Shown: positions 1 through 12,738 of the stretch, in pieces | How positions within the stretch are numbered: position 1 is the first letter of the stretch | Layout: each line of letters begins with the position of its first letter | From: Marsupella aquatica | Taxonomy: Eukaryota > Plantae > Marchantiophyta | Assembly (NCBI GenBank): GCA_973895155.1 | Contig: OZ316891.1 | Location: 27,441,561 to 27,505,560 of the forward strand | Direction: 5' to 3' | Length of the DNA stretch: 64,000 bases | Position numbers and translations under genes: made by a program | Notes under the pieces: model-generated | The model's database searches: none | Told to the model about the DNA's origin: nothing | What the model saw: the letters and a program-made list of their open reading frames with translations, nothing else

Positions 1-431
1 TGTCACGAGAGTAGAGGAGGTATATGCTTGATAGACCCCTAACAAATAGTTTCTTCCCAATTCCACCCCCTTTGACAGTTTTTGGTGAAATGATCTTGTA
101 TGGGGCATTCTACTGTGTACAATGGCATATGAGAACATGAACCCACTTCCTGGCATAATCGTGTACTGCAGTCTAGATGAGCCAACATCTAGACTTGGGA
201 GCCAACATCTAGACTTGACCAAACTGTCAACAACAACAAAGGAACTAAAGCTACGCAACAAACTAAAAAGCCTGATAAAATGGCGCCCAAGAGTAAATCT
301 TATAGAAAAGTCACAAACCCAGTAACGTAACCAAGAGCCTTTTCATAGTGGTGAAAAATCACTAAATTCCACCTCTATGGAAGCCACTTTTGGCAAAACA
401 CCACCCAGAATTTGTCATTATCTTTTCACAC

Positions 432-730
432 CTTTTTAACTAGGTTAACCCCAAAACTGAGCATTATTACAAACCTGACCCCAAAACTATTTTTATTAGT
501 TTACTGCATCGGGTGGGTGTCCTCAGGCATTGCACCGGTAGGGGCAACCAAAGGGGAGCAGGGTGGGCTATGCTAACCCAGCTGAGTTGATGGAGGACCA
601 ATCAAGCACTCCCATGGGCGAGAATGCAGGTTACTTAGACTCATATACTATTTGGGGGACAACATAGTAATAAAATAGTTTGTGGGTAAGGTCTATAATA
701 GCAATCAGTTTGAGGGTCTATTAAAAAGTT
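432..730. mobile_element. Decayed MITE-like inverted repeat
   Basis: About 65-70 bp of imperfect inverted repeat: 432-500 (ctttttaa..ccccaaaactga..tattacaaacctgaccccaaaactatttttatt) versus the reverse complement of 661-730. No clear TSD. Confidence 0.5.
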
Positions 731-751
731 GTTAAAGAACAATTCTACCAG

Positions 752-1008
752 ATTTGCAAAAGGAGTTCAAGTTGGAGACAGACTTCACTGGGGCAGTGTT
801 TGAAGGGAAGTTCTACGCGCCAGAGGATTTTAAGGAGTTGGAGTCCATGCCCACGAGAGCAGAGCTCTACTCCAAGCTTCTTGGTGGTCTCCAAGGTCCT
901 GCAACAAATCTGGTCGGGACTCTACAAGGACCAGCTCGGGAGCTGGTCTTCACTTTAAAGGCGTATGTTGCCAAGCTAGAGGAGGAAGCAGGTCAAGCCC
1001 CTCAATAG
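752..1008 (+). CDS. RPL10: Plastid 50S ribosomal protein L10, 3' part/last exon
   Basis: DFTGAVFEGKFYAPEDFKELESMPTRAELYSKLLGGLQGPATNLVGTLQGPARELVFTLKAYVAKLEEE matches the C-terminus of plant chloroplast uL10. Possible AG acceptor at 750-751. The N-terminal part is not identified in the window. Confidence 0.85.
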
Positions 1009-3444
1009 TATACTCGGCAACACAGCTTTTGCACAATTTCAAAGTTTTCAATTTGAGTAAACAATGGCGGGAACCGCTTTGTTTCAGTTGCTGTTGCTCA
1101 GTTGACCTCCAAGGTCATGATGAGCTTTCCAGGATTCTTCCGTCATTCTTTTTATAGCTGCTAGTCTGCGCAATGGAGAGTTGGCTAGGACATATCTGAA
1201 CTTTTAGACTTAGTAATTGCGAACGGCACGAGATCAATGCCATCGTCAGTTTTCAGTGCTTGCCAAATTTATAGTCAATGCTGATCTTTGATCTTCTTGT
1301 TAAAAGACAAGGCGTGCCTCACATTTCACTTCTCCCTATTCAACTGCTCAAATTTTTTACTACCGGTTTGTTATCAAATTTGATCTATGCTCTCAGCGGT
1401 TGGGTTACAGCAGATCTCGAGTATGACTCAAGGTCGCCCCCACTTACTTCCATGACCGCTCACTCGCCTGGAAAGAGCTAAATACACTCTGATATCTCAT
1501 TGACATCTGCTTTTCTCCCCACTCAAGAACTTGTCTATTCTCCTCGAGTATAGACTCATTTGCAGGGATTGTTAATTTCTTCTTCAGCAATGACAAGCAT
1601 TAGAAAAAAGTAAGTAGAAGGAAGTAAAATGATTGGAAGGAGAGTTGGATGTTCCTTCTCCGGGACTGAGTAGTTCGGTTTGAGCGCTCGTAAGTACATA
1701 ATTGGTGTTTTGATTACAGATTCATGCTCTGGACGTGTTTGTATGATGGCCGTGTCCATGGAAACGTATCCGCTACGAGATAAATGGAGCTTAACTCAAC
1801 TCAATACAGAAAGACACAAGCATGTCAGGTCAAGTTATTGATAGGACTTGCTCAGTTTCTTAACGTTACTCTCCAAACTCAATCTCGAGCTCTTTCCTCA
1901 TTACCTCGAAGCAAAGGTATTGACAAACCAGTCTAAAGTTTAGGGAGATGGAAAGAAAAGGTTTCAAAGACAGCAATAAGCAGTTGCAATACAAGGTCAC
2001 AAGAGGTCCCCGTTCTGTAACAGTGGAGTGTGGGCACACATACACTAACCACCCTGAATCTTACATGTCTCTAATGGGCCCATAATCAAAAGTGTCTCTG
2101 ATGTACGCCTAAAGGATTTTGAGGTGCTCAGCCAAGACAATTGTATCTTGGCGTTCCTAAAGGCCTCCCTAACTTCATGTACTAATAAAAGACAAACTTG
2201 TTTATCGTTTCCATGACAAATCCACTTAAATACTTAAATTAAATTGAAATGGATACAATACAATACAATCATGCGAAGCCAACGAAGGGGATGAATCCGA
2301 GGGATGCAAGGTCTCCACATTGTGGTGACCTCTTTCCAAGTAGGCGTAACATATGTCGTAGATGTTGCCATGGGCGCAGAGAGAGCTAGACAGAGCAGTG
2401 TTCAAGGTGACAGAACTCAGAAATCGATTCGTGTGTGGGATTTGGACCACTCAAGGTAGACTTCGATTTCAGTCTTTGCTCACAACCAAATTGGAAACCT
2501 CAAGTAACGGTGCCAACATGAGCTAGACCGAACGTCAAAATGTTCGCTCTATTATGCATAACTTTTGTAGATTGGTGCTGCCTACCATATTGTATACATT
2601 TCAAGAGTACACAGTTCAAAAAGTCCTTTCAATCGTTTTCGTCTATCCTGCTTGAACGCTTTGGAGTAAGATTCTGTCTAAAGTCTTCACGTACAAGTTT
2701 GTGGCCCGTACCTTGGTTATGTCTAGCCCAGTCTTACAATAGATTTTCCGCTTCCTTGTGTACATTTTTGTGTCGGCTCAGCCTATCTTCCAGGATGTTT
2801 TCCTCGTCAACAATATTAGCATGATCACTTGTCTGTAGTCCTTAAAATGGAGTCCTTCTGAACTCCCACTGCTGCGATCAAAAGCAGGGTTGCAGCAGCA
2901 CTACTGTACATGTCAGGAATATTCTAACCATAGTCCTAAAATTCCTGTGCTACAATGAATCAAACTATGAGACTCTGTCATTCGACTGGATGAAAGCTGC
3001 GAGTGTCTTTAACAAGAAAATCTGCCATAATTTTGTCATCAGAGCAACGTCAGCTAAGACTAATTTTCAAGACTTCTTACAAGCCTGTTCTGAATATGCT
3101 GCATGCACCATTTCATATCATCCCACTACAGTACGAGCTAGGTATACAATGGAAACCTCTGTAGATGAGCTTTGCGACCCAAAAATATGTTGAAGTCCAG
3201 GCACGGCGGCATCGCACCAAAGCTCTGTAATAAGTCACATTTGTGCAGTACTACCAGGATAGGCCGTAAGACATCCGAGGAAGTCCTAACATTGCCCCTG
3301 TGAAGACCTACGTGAGCCGTCAACGAGTGCTCCGTCTGGCAATGAATGAATGAATTGAAAGTCCATGGAGGCCAAACAGGGATCAGAAATGTACAAGGCC
3401 TCCCGAGATTCCAACGTCAGAAATGAGAACAGAGGTGCACGGGG

Positions 3445-4881
3445 TCAATGATTTCGACGTAACTCTGGAAGTGAGTCTTCACAGCTCAATCTTTCTCTTC
3501 TTTTGGGTCTCCGTTGATTCAAAAGGTGCATTGTACCAGCTCCTGAAAGGAGACCAATAGCAGATACGTAAAAGATTGTGCTGTTATAAAGCTGCTTCAT
3601 AAGTGCACCCTTTATCAGAATCAGCACCACTCCAATGCTCACAGGTACTCTGTAAAGGCTCCGAACTCCAGCTCGCTGATCACTCCAAATGTAAATGTTG
3701 CGAAGGCGGGCAAGAGATGGCCAAGCAATGCCAACACATATGTGGAAAACACAAAAGGCTGCTAGTAACACTGGAATCTCCTGGTAGTCATAACCTGGTA
3801 CAAGCATTGAGAGGCTTGCAGCGATGAAGACCCAAGGTAGGAAGATCTCTGGCCGAACAGGAAACGGCCCACAAAGGAGTAAAGAGGCAATGACGCTCCC
3901 AAGCATGAGAGAACCCATGAAGAAAGTATATAAGAGTCCACTGTGAATTTCCCGGCCATCAGAGACCATAGTGGGTGCCCAAAGGAACCAAAATATGGCA
4001 ACGCTGAAATCAACGCATGCCTGTGTCCAGCCCAACAACATTACCCTTGGATCAGTGAGAGCTTGACCGGCATTGAGAAATACTTCCCAGAGTCCATAAG
4101 CCTGTGGAATATCACCACTGCCACTGCTGCTTCCAATCTCAGGCCATCCCGTGCAAAGTAGAAAGATCCACAGGAAGCTGAATGCAGCAGCTGAGAGAGA
4201 AGGAGAAACCAGTCCAAAGCCGAAGTGATATACTACAAAATTTGCCCAAGCTCCTGCTGCAATTGCAGTGACTCCCATCCCAAATGCCATCACCCAGAAA
4301 GTCCTGCTAAGCCAATCTTGCTTAAATCCCAGCCTTTCGTGCTCTGATGTCAACCAGGCCTCGAATGCGGAAGGGAAAACTGAGATCCCAATTCCTCGGC
4401 ATACATTGGCTAAACAAGAAACATAAAAGCCATTGGAACGACTATCCAAGTAGCAAGCAGTCAACTGGAAAAGCCCAGCTATGATGCACGCCTTCTTTCG
4501 ACCGATTGAGTCAGCGGCAGCTCCCAGAAATGTTCCAATCATCAGAGAACTTGCATGAACGGTCACAAGCATGTATCCGATCTCTCCGGCTCCATACTTG
4601 TAATGATTCTTGTACAGGGCCTCGCCATATGCCCCCTGCAGCCCTTCTGCGAAAGTGAAGAGGAAGAAGACACTGAGGAATCTGCGCTGGAAGTCCACAA
4701 ACAAAGGAGGTGCAGCATTGTGGCTATGCTGGTACCAAAGGACTATCTTCTGCGCGAACTTGACTTCAAAAATTGTTAACAACGTTGGTGCGTTGAGAAG
4801 CACTGCACACAACCCTAGAAGAAATGCGTAGAGCAATCTATGTTCTTCCCCCGCAAGTGGCTCCTTTACCAACGTTGCCAT
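3445..4881 (-). CDS. MOT2: Molybdate-anion transporter MOT2/MFSD5 family (MFS_5)
   Basis: 478-aa intronless multi-TM ORF with family motifs FQRRFLSVF..AEGLQGAYGEALY, GAAADSIGRKKACI, SAFEAWLTSEH and WLSRTF. Confidence 0.85.
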   Translation of the reverse strand: MATLVKEPLAGEEHRLLYAFLLGLCAVLLNAPTLLTIFEVKFAQKIVLWYQHSHNAAPPLFVDFQRRFLSVFFLFTFAEGLQGAYGEALYKNHYKYGAGEIGYMLVTVHASSLMIGTFLGAAADSIGRKKACIIAGLFQLTACYLDSRSNGFYVSCLANVCRGIGISVFPSAFEAWLTSEHERLGFKQDWLSRTFWVMAFGMGVTAIAAGAWANFVVYHFGFGLVSPSLSAAAFSFLWIFLLCTGWPEIGSSSGSGDIPQAYGLWEVFLNAGQALTDPRVMLLGWTQACVDFSVAIFWFLWAPTMVSDGREIHSGLLYTFFMGSLMLGSVIASLLLCGPFPVRPEIFLPWVFIAASLSMLVPGYDYQEIPVLLAAFCVFHICVGIAWPSLARLRNIYIWSDQRAGVRSLYRVPVSIGVVLILIKGALMKQLYNSTIFYVSAIGLLSGAGTMHLLNQRRPKRRERLSCEDSLPELRRNH

Positions 4882-5738
4882 TGCCTATCAATCAGATGAA
4901 CTAGGGCTCATTTCCAAAGTAGTCCATCAGCTTCAGTTTCGAAGACTTATATCAGCGTCCAAGCTCCTCCGCCATAACTAGTTCCGCTTATTAAATGTCC
5001 TCCCTTACCGCGGGCTCCCCTCGAATTTCGTTGCATTCTTTCCACGGATTGTGTAATCTTGCACACCTATCGTCACTAGTTGGACATTCCAGGGTGGCAT
5101 CCACACCTGAAATCAGCCTCTACGTAAATACTCGCAGATATCACTAAATTTTCGCAATCTTGTAAGAGAACACCTGCGTTTGCACATTATTTCCTTCTAC
5201 AGCCATCGAATGCTTGAAGACCAGCAAAGCACCTATCGATTGAAATCGGTGCTCCCCAGCTTGCCCGTCCTCGACCTGCAAAGAGACTTGCCCTGATGCC
5301 GTCAGCTGCCGATCAGCAGCAAATGTCTAAGCACAGAGATCGCCTCCGGTCAGCCGAAAATTCATCAGCAGTTCAACATCCGGTCCTTCAATCAACCAGT
5401 CCCTTTGCCATCGCGATACGAAGATGGACATCACCGCTGAATATAGCAACACAGGCCGTCGACTCAAGACAGTGGCGCACAGAAATCCCGCTCAGAATTA
5501 ATATCTTCCCTGGTCACTTTCACACAGCCGGACCAAATCCCTTCCATAGAGTAGAATGGTGCGGAATCCATCGCTCCATCCGCTCGCCCGAAGAAGTAAG
5601 TGTCGAATTCCCGCAGCAATCGAATACTACTCAAGCGATGCATTCCGTCAAGGAAACACCCCAACAAGCAAAGACTGCTGCGACGAATGCATCACAGCAG
5701 AGCATCGCCAACAGCTTCAACCGTCGCTAATGTTGACC

Positions 5739-6469
5739 ACCAAGGGACGAGCATACAGTAGTAATCACCAATTCTCGGTACTAGGCACATTGCCGCGAAA
5801 GGTTTGAGTACTCGAGTCTTTGTACTTCGTTTCAATAATAGTGCTGAAGAGCAAATAAGCAATGAGTGAGTGAGACACAAAATCATGATGTATCAAGGCC
5901 TTGACGGGCATATTGGGGGTCTACCGTCATCTCGACACCCGGTCCTCCCCGACCTTTCTCCTACCCCGACCCGGCCCGGCCCCGGTCCCGACCATTTCCG
6001 ACCCGGCCCCAACTCCGCCCCCACCATTTTCAACCTCGGCCCCGGTCCCGACCAATTCCGACCCGACCCCAACTCCGTCCCCACCATTTTCAACCTCGGC
6101 CCCGGTCCCGACCATTTCCGACCCGGCCCCAATCCCGCCCCCACCATTTCAACCTCGGCCCGGGCCCCGACCTCGACCGGTCCCCTAACCCATCCGGCTC
6201 GTCCAGACCCGGCCTCGCTAGACGGGGGAGTTCGGGGGACCCTCGGACCGGGTCGGGACAAAGTTAGGGAAGTTAGGGAATGTTCGGGGAATAATTTGGA
6301 ATATGCGTCAAATGGACCGTTTTTGCTTGTCATTTGACAATTTTATGTCCCGGCGTCAAGTTGCCCATCAGGTCAAACTGGGCAAAGTACAAAGACTCGA
6401 GTACTCAAACTTTCACGACAATGTGCCTAGTACCGAGAATTGGTGATTACTGTATGCTTGTCCCTTGGT
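5739..6469. mobile_element. Non-autonomous TIR element with ~85-bp TIRs
   Basis: accaagggacgagcatacagta...gagtactcgagtctttgtactt (5739-5827) is a near-perfect inverted copy of 6385-6469. No coding capacity; TSD not clean. Confidence 0.8.
5975..6170. repeat. GC-rich 60-bp tandem repeat (~3.3 copies) inside the TIR element
   Basis: Unit cggccccggtcccgaccatttccgacccggccccaactccgcccccaccattttcaacct repeats at 60-bp period. Confidence 0.9.
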
Positions 6470-7051
6470 AATGATCGACGCCTCGATCATGTGCAGGTCA
6501 TTATGCACATGGCCCACAAAGTACATGTAAGGTAACTCATGGCCTGGTTTTAATGTGTATCATTTATCACTAGTCAAAAATACACTCAACTTAATTCTCC
6601 CTAGTTTTCTTGGCGGCCTGTACACTGTCCCGACCCAGTCCCCAATCCGTGCTACCCATCCAATCAACTTTGGTTTGTGTTCCGGCATCAACTTGGGTTT
6701 GCGTTTTGGCACCTTTCACTGCCATCAATCCGTTGACAAAAACATCATCCATTGTAGCACCTGCAATGTGAAGTGTGAATTTAAGAGTATTTACAAATTG
6801 GCTGAAGCAAACATTGGCTGTGTGGTAGCTCAATTGAGTAGAGTCTCATAGGTCTTGGGTACAAATGTTGTAAATGACATTTGTCACCTTTACTTGAGGG
6901 TTCATGGATTTCCCTTTTATATTTCAAAAAGAAGTGTTTAGAAATTGATAAATAAACTTGGACTTCAGAGTTTCACTGCCAAAGCAATAATTGGGCTACA
7001 AAAAGCAAAGGGAGCCATAACACAATCCCAAGTCAATGCCAAAACATGAAC

Positions 7052-7132
7052 CAAAGTAGATTGGGCCAAAGTAGGCAGCAAAGTAGATTGGGCCAAAGTA
7101 GGCAGCAAAGTAGATTGGGCCAAAGCAGGCAG
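7052..7132. repeat. 27-bp tandem repeat x3
   Basis: caaagtagattgggccaaagtaggcag occurs three times. Confidence 0.9.
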
Positions 7133-7474
7133 CACACATCTGCTACTGAAATGAGCAGTGTAGGACCCCAAAGAAAACTGGGGATACTGGGACTAGCAGT
7201 GTATGGGGCCCCAAAGAAAATTGGGGAGCATAGACATGCACCTGATTAGAGTCCATTAATGTACAACCACTCACACAGAACACCTTTTTTCCCTAACCCA
7301 AAACCCCAAACTGAGCACTGCTTTGCACCAGCAGATGGGTGCGGTCATGTGTGGAGCGAACAAGATCACATCACTGGGCATGGGTTCAAGCCTGACCTCC
7401 CAGGACTGGAGGTGACAGTAGAGTTCAGTGCCTGGGGGTAAAGAACTATCAAGTAGACAGAGCATTGTACTGTC

Positions 7475-7641
7475 CTTGAGCTCAGAAGACCAACAATGAC
7501 TCTTTAGTGCTGCTTTGGTGCAATTTTGCAATGGCGTCCTGTCCATCGAGTGATCCTGTGCTTGAGTTCAGAGGACCGACAGTGACTATTTAGAACTACT
7601 TTGGTGCAATTATGGAAAGGCGTACTGTCCATCGAGTGATC
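7475..7641. repeat. ~85-bp imperfect tandem duplication
   Basis: cttgag.tcaga.gacc.aca.tgact.tttag...ctttggtgcaatt...ggcgt.ctgtccatcgagtgatc occurs twice. Confidence 0.75.
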
Positions 7642-8738
7642 TCTCGCTATGAGTGGGATTCGAGGTTGACAACTACGGCTCCCTCTCTGGGTATGATTTG
7701 CACTTGAGGATGAAAATCCAACATTCCAACTTCCTCTGCCACAGGTACGGTACGATTGCTATTTGAAGTTGAGATTCCAACTTCCTCTCTCTCGCTCTAT
7801 CTGTCGGTCTGTGGCTATGATAGCCAAAGAGTTTCAACCTCTTTGTATGCAAGTATGATGATTGCAACTGGAACACAATTTGAGTATATCATTTCTTTCA
7901 GCTTATCAACATCAGCTTGAGTTTGAGAATTGCAGTAACTGCTCTCAGGAGCTGCTATAGGTTTTGTGCAGTTCACAATTTCATCTGTATAGCTTTAAAT
8001 GGTATTTAGGTCAAATGCCTGGACTTGGTCTTCGCAACTGAAGGGTACCCACACCTTGAAATGAATAGTACAATTTCTAAGCGGACTTCAACCGGATCAC
8101 CAGTTTTATGTTACACGCACAGCAATGACTCAAAGGCGTAGTGAATCTCAGCTATATTTAATCGTTCTATGTGACTGGGGATACAATTCGATCGTCTTTA
8201 CTTTAGTGAAACACAAATCTCAGAATAAATGCACAGGGCCACGAGATGATGTGATCTACATACACGAAGCGAAGAAACAGATTTCAGGAATCGTTACCAT
8301 TCTCAATTGGCTTTAGAATATCACAACTGTCAATTCTCTTGAAGCAGAACTGGGACGGCTCTTCCCCGTTTTATTTCAGGCTTGCTACCTCTTGTAAACA
8401 GCAAACAGCGATCCACTCCAATCCTTTTTAGGAACAGACAATCTGTGCCGACGACGGGTGAGTAGCTGTCACGTCGTAAATGTCAGGCATGGTTTGGAAA
8501 CCAAGACCAGATGTCTCCAGGCTCTACTTTTACAACTTTCACATCTGGCAGGTTCCCACCTCGGGTCTTCGCTGCTATCAAAATCCTAGCCCACTAAACT
8601 TTGAGCCTGTAATGCCGGCCACTGATGACAAGCATCAGGGCACCTCCTGATGTGGCTCTGAGCAACTCATTCAAACCCACAAACAAGCATATAAAACACC
8701 TGTCTCCAACGTCAGAGAGGAACTGCAACACTCCAACT

Positions 8739-11700
8739 CTAGTCATCGTTGAAGCCTCCAGAATCATTATTGAAACCGCCTCCATCAAAATTGCCAACGT
8801 CTTCAGCATCACCAAGATCCGGATCATGATCTCTAATCTTCACTTCTGCATCCTCTCCAAACTGTATTGCATTATCGATGTGGGACAGTAAATACTGAAT
8901 GCTGTAACATGCAGACCAAATGTTAGGAAGTTGAGTCGGAACAATACTAGTGATGAAATAAAACCAGCCTCCAGTTCTCAAGATTCCCCGAGGCAGACAT
9001 GGCGTCACAGAAGTTGTGCCCCAGAAAAGTACTAGCATGAGACAGCACACGTAACTGAAAGCAGATGCGATCAACTCATCTTGAGTGTCATGTAAGATAA
9101 GGGAGCTATCCCTTCTACAATGGAAGACGAAGAAATTAATCTATGGGGAGCTAAGTGACGTGATGGATAGTCGAAACTGACCGAGTAACGGAGTAGACGA
9201 TGTGAGATATAAAAGAAACGAGGAGCATATATTATACTAAGCAGAAGTAAGACACTGTTACGAGAAGGGCTGGAGTGGGAACCCAGTCAATCGTGTGAGA
9301 CAACAGACAATCATTTCCGGCCCAAGCCTTGAAATAAAGAAAACCAGCAGCTTGAGGCAGAGAGCCATGAAAATTACCTCTCTTCATCTCTGACGTCCAA
9401 CGACAGAAAACTAACCATGCTGTAATCATCGACCTGTTCAATGAAGTGCAAATCCACAGAAGGTTATGGCCGACTTCAGGATCTATCACAAGTCACTGCA
9501 TAACAAGTAGAGTTCAACTTTGTCACATTTTAACTGCTATAATTGTATTCTTCCTTTTGCTCGATTCCTTCTTAGAGAATTGGCCCATCCAGCAGCGGGC
9601 AGTGCTTCGAGTAAACTTCAAATTGCAACAGATATCATGTTACATGTCGTGCTTACAAGCTCGGCCAAAGACTTATTTAGCTTTGCAAATCGGGGTGCCA
9701 TTTGTTGATTTAATTCTCCAAGTAGTAACCTAGCATCTGGATCCAAAAATCTGCCACAAGCCAATATCACACTGTCAAGGAATGTGGTGATTTGCAGCCA
9801 GCAGGCCTTTAACCCAGGAGAGTTTTTCTCTGAGACATCAATCGGCTGCCGAAATGAAGAAAGCTGACCTGAGTAGTCACATCCGGTGACCTCTAACCTA
9901 CCCCCATAATTTTCTGCAAGTAGAGGAGACACAGTCATCCCTCTTACAAATCTGGCAAAAACATTTCTTCAACTGTTCAATCAAGGAAGAGAAGCGACTC
10001 ACTTCTCGAGATCCTTTTTATTTGGAAGCAAATCTATTTTCGTGAGAACATTGACATGGGGTATCTCAAGCTGAACCATTGCCGACAACGACGCCATGCA
10101 TCCACTTATGTACTTTGTCACATCTGAGACAAACTGCACATGACACTAGAGTCAATCCCTGGCTTTCCTTCACTCTCAACAGGCACAAGAAAGTTTCGGA
10201 GGTTGGAAAAATACATGTTCCAAGGTCAGAGTCATTAGAAAAGACAAAAACAAAATTTCATTACTACAATTTTCAATACGATGCTAAACTTGAACTATGC
10301 CATCAGACCCCAAACCCACCTATTGAATTCTCTCCACTTCAGACGTAATGCGGCAAAAACCATAACAACTACTGCAACACTCCGTTCTTATGGACAAAGG
10401 TCAAAACAGACAATTTCTGGGCAGCAGGAGCCAAAATAGTAGTGACTTGAGTTTTAAGGGTCTAAATCGGCAGCATGGCCCCAAATAGGTATGGTATTCA
10501 ATAAAAGCTAGAACTTGTTCAAACATCTTCATCACATCCTGCTTTGGGAGAAAGACTGCCTAAGTCGTTTTCGGCTCTGCTAAGCTATCTTATTGAAAAA
10601 GATGAGATGGAAAAAGGCATCCAACCTGAGAGTCGAGCAAATATACAGCGCACACATTAAAATCCCATCTCTTGAGTTGATCGACGAATGTCCGCAGCAC
10701 AGGGATATGTGAATACAACTCGATCTGACCTGAATACCAGAACAAATCACTATGAGAATCCCTCCTAAGCAAGAGCTTTGCAGAGATTACAACAATCGAA
10801 GTGAACTGTTATGTGGACATCATATCGAGAACCGATTTGTCTGTTCAGTAAGCCACGAAAAGCATCGGGACTCGAAAAGTGAAAATCGTAGCTACTGACC
10901 AGGGCAGTCAAAAACGAGATAGTCATCATCAATGTAGTCCTCGAGCTGCTCGGACAACCAGTCATCTAAATTGTCTTCAAGATACTCCATACAGTAAACA
11001 AGGCCACCATTCGGCCCCAGTTTCAATTCTTCCATCACATCCTCCAGAGAGATGAGTTCACGAATGTCTGCAATCCCATGTTAACCATCCCGTGTTAACC
11101 ATCGCTCGTCAGACTAGCAATGCTTTGGAAAAATCGGGACTCGATTCTCCAAAGATCCAAAAATCCTCGTAAACCTTGACATTTTGAATCCTGGTTCGAT
11201 CGCTGCTCATCTTTCAGGAACCGTTTCCTAGGAGCACCCTAGTCACAGCACAATCATAGGGCTCCACGCTCTTTAAGAGCCCTTCCCTAGTCTAAATTCC
11301 ATTCCAGCGTCGTTCAATATCCATGTGTGAACTTGGGTTACGACCAAATACAATCTTGCGAATCGTTTTCAATGAGTTCTGACACTTGAGAGATACGTGG
11401 GCGTACAACGCGAAATGAAAAGCACCACTTCAACGAAAGATCCTTTTTTACAAGGGAGACGTCAAGCTAACATCGAACAGACTCTTTCAGCACCCGACAA
11501 CATTCTCATCAGCCATAAACGGATCAAAGGTCTTCCATATGCATGTGTAGTCCGTACCTACAGCCACCGGATACTTAAATTGATCCGCAGCCGGGTCAAG
11601 GTTCACAATATGCACTGTTCGACCAATGCTCGAGCAGTGCTCGTACAAGTTGTAACAATAGGTCGACTGCAAACATAGGACAGAACGCACGCGATTCAGA

Positions 11701-12738
11701 AAACCATCACTCCGAGAACAAACCTCGGCACTCGTATCATTAAATATTGAGATAATATTACAAAAGGCTGCCACCACAGGCAGAGCTTGCGCGCTAGAAG
11801 ATTGGCTGAAAACAACGCAAAGCGCTGAGGTAATTGATTTCCTCCAAATCGACACCTGCATATGCTGAGCTATAAATTCTATACTTCTGTGCCATACATA
11901 AGTAGCCTTCGGAATCGGCGGTAGAGAGTGCTTCAAAATCCTAGATCTCCAAAATAGTGCTTCGGCCTAGCCCATTCGGCTGAAATCAAGATCCTTCCAG
12001 CTACAAAGACGACGGACTCCATTGGGATCATCTTCTTTGCAAAATCTTCCTCTACTAGAACGGAAGACCAGTATCCACATGGCCAACCTCTGTCCTGTGG
12101 GAGGTGCCCCTCGGACCTACATTCCGACAAACAAAGCCCCCGGAGCCGCTTGCAATCATCATGCACAAGAGTTCCTAACTCGGAATGCTGTCATGGACTG
12201 AAGAAGTATCACAAGCATCTACAAGTCCTCGAGCAGGAGCACCATTGCTAGTTCAATGGACAGAACCATTTTCCTACTTGACCGTCCCCTTTCAGCTCCT
12301 GAATCATCGAGGAAAACTCCGAAAGTGCTCTCATTCGGTCGGGCAATTGCTTTCCGGAGTCGATCACGCTCAGTCGTCAACCATCTCATCATCTGAGCGT
12401 CACGAAGAGTAGACTAGATCATCACGGCCGATGATTCTATGACCAAACAAGACCTATCCTATCCGTCCCAGACAACCCCATCCAATCTCAAAAAAGAACA
12501 CCAAACAAACCAGTGGACAAGAATGCCTGCTCCTCCAGTCTGACTGACCCCCCGCTACCACGAACAATAATTATCCGGCAGACCACTCGGCACGAGTTCC
12601 CCTATTGAACTCTAAACGAGAATCTCTGCACAAGACGACCGCCACCCTGGAAATATCGAGAATCTCATGAGAACAGGAGACGATCCCGACCTTGCCACTG
12701 CCTGCCGGCCCAATCACAAGCTGAGCGTAACGCGGCAT
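8739..12738 (-). CDS. GPN3: GPN-loop GTPase 3 (8 exons)
   Basis: GT-AG exons 12738-12691 ([16 protein letters not shown]), 11666-11558 (STYC..VNLDPAA), 11067-10900 ([34 protein letters not shown]), 10729-10626 (GQIELYSH), 10133-10003, 9750-9657, 9433-9378 and 8901-8739 ([14 protein letters not shown]) join in frame. P-loop and GPN motifs are present. Confidence 0.95.

Noticed and set aside
5870-6337. Pro/Gly-rich ORFs on both strands
   Set aside because: By-products of the stop-free 60-bp GC-rich tandem repeat.
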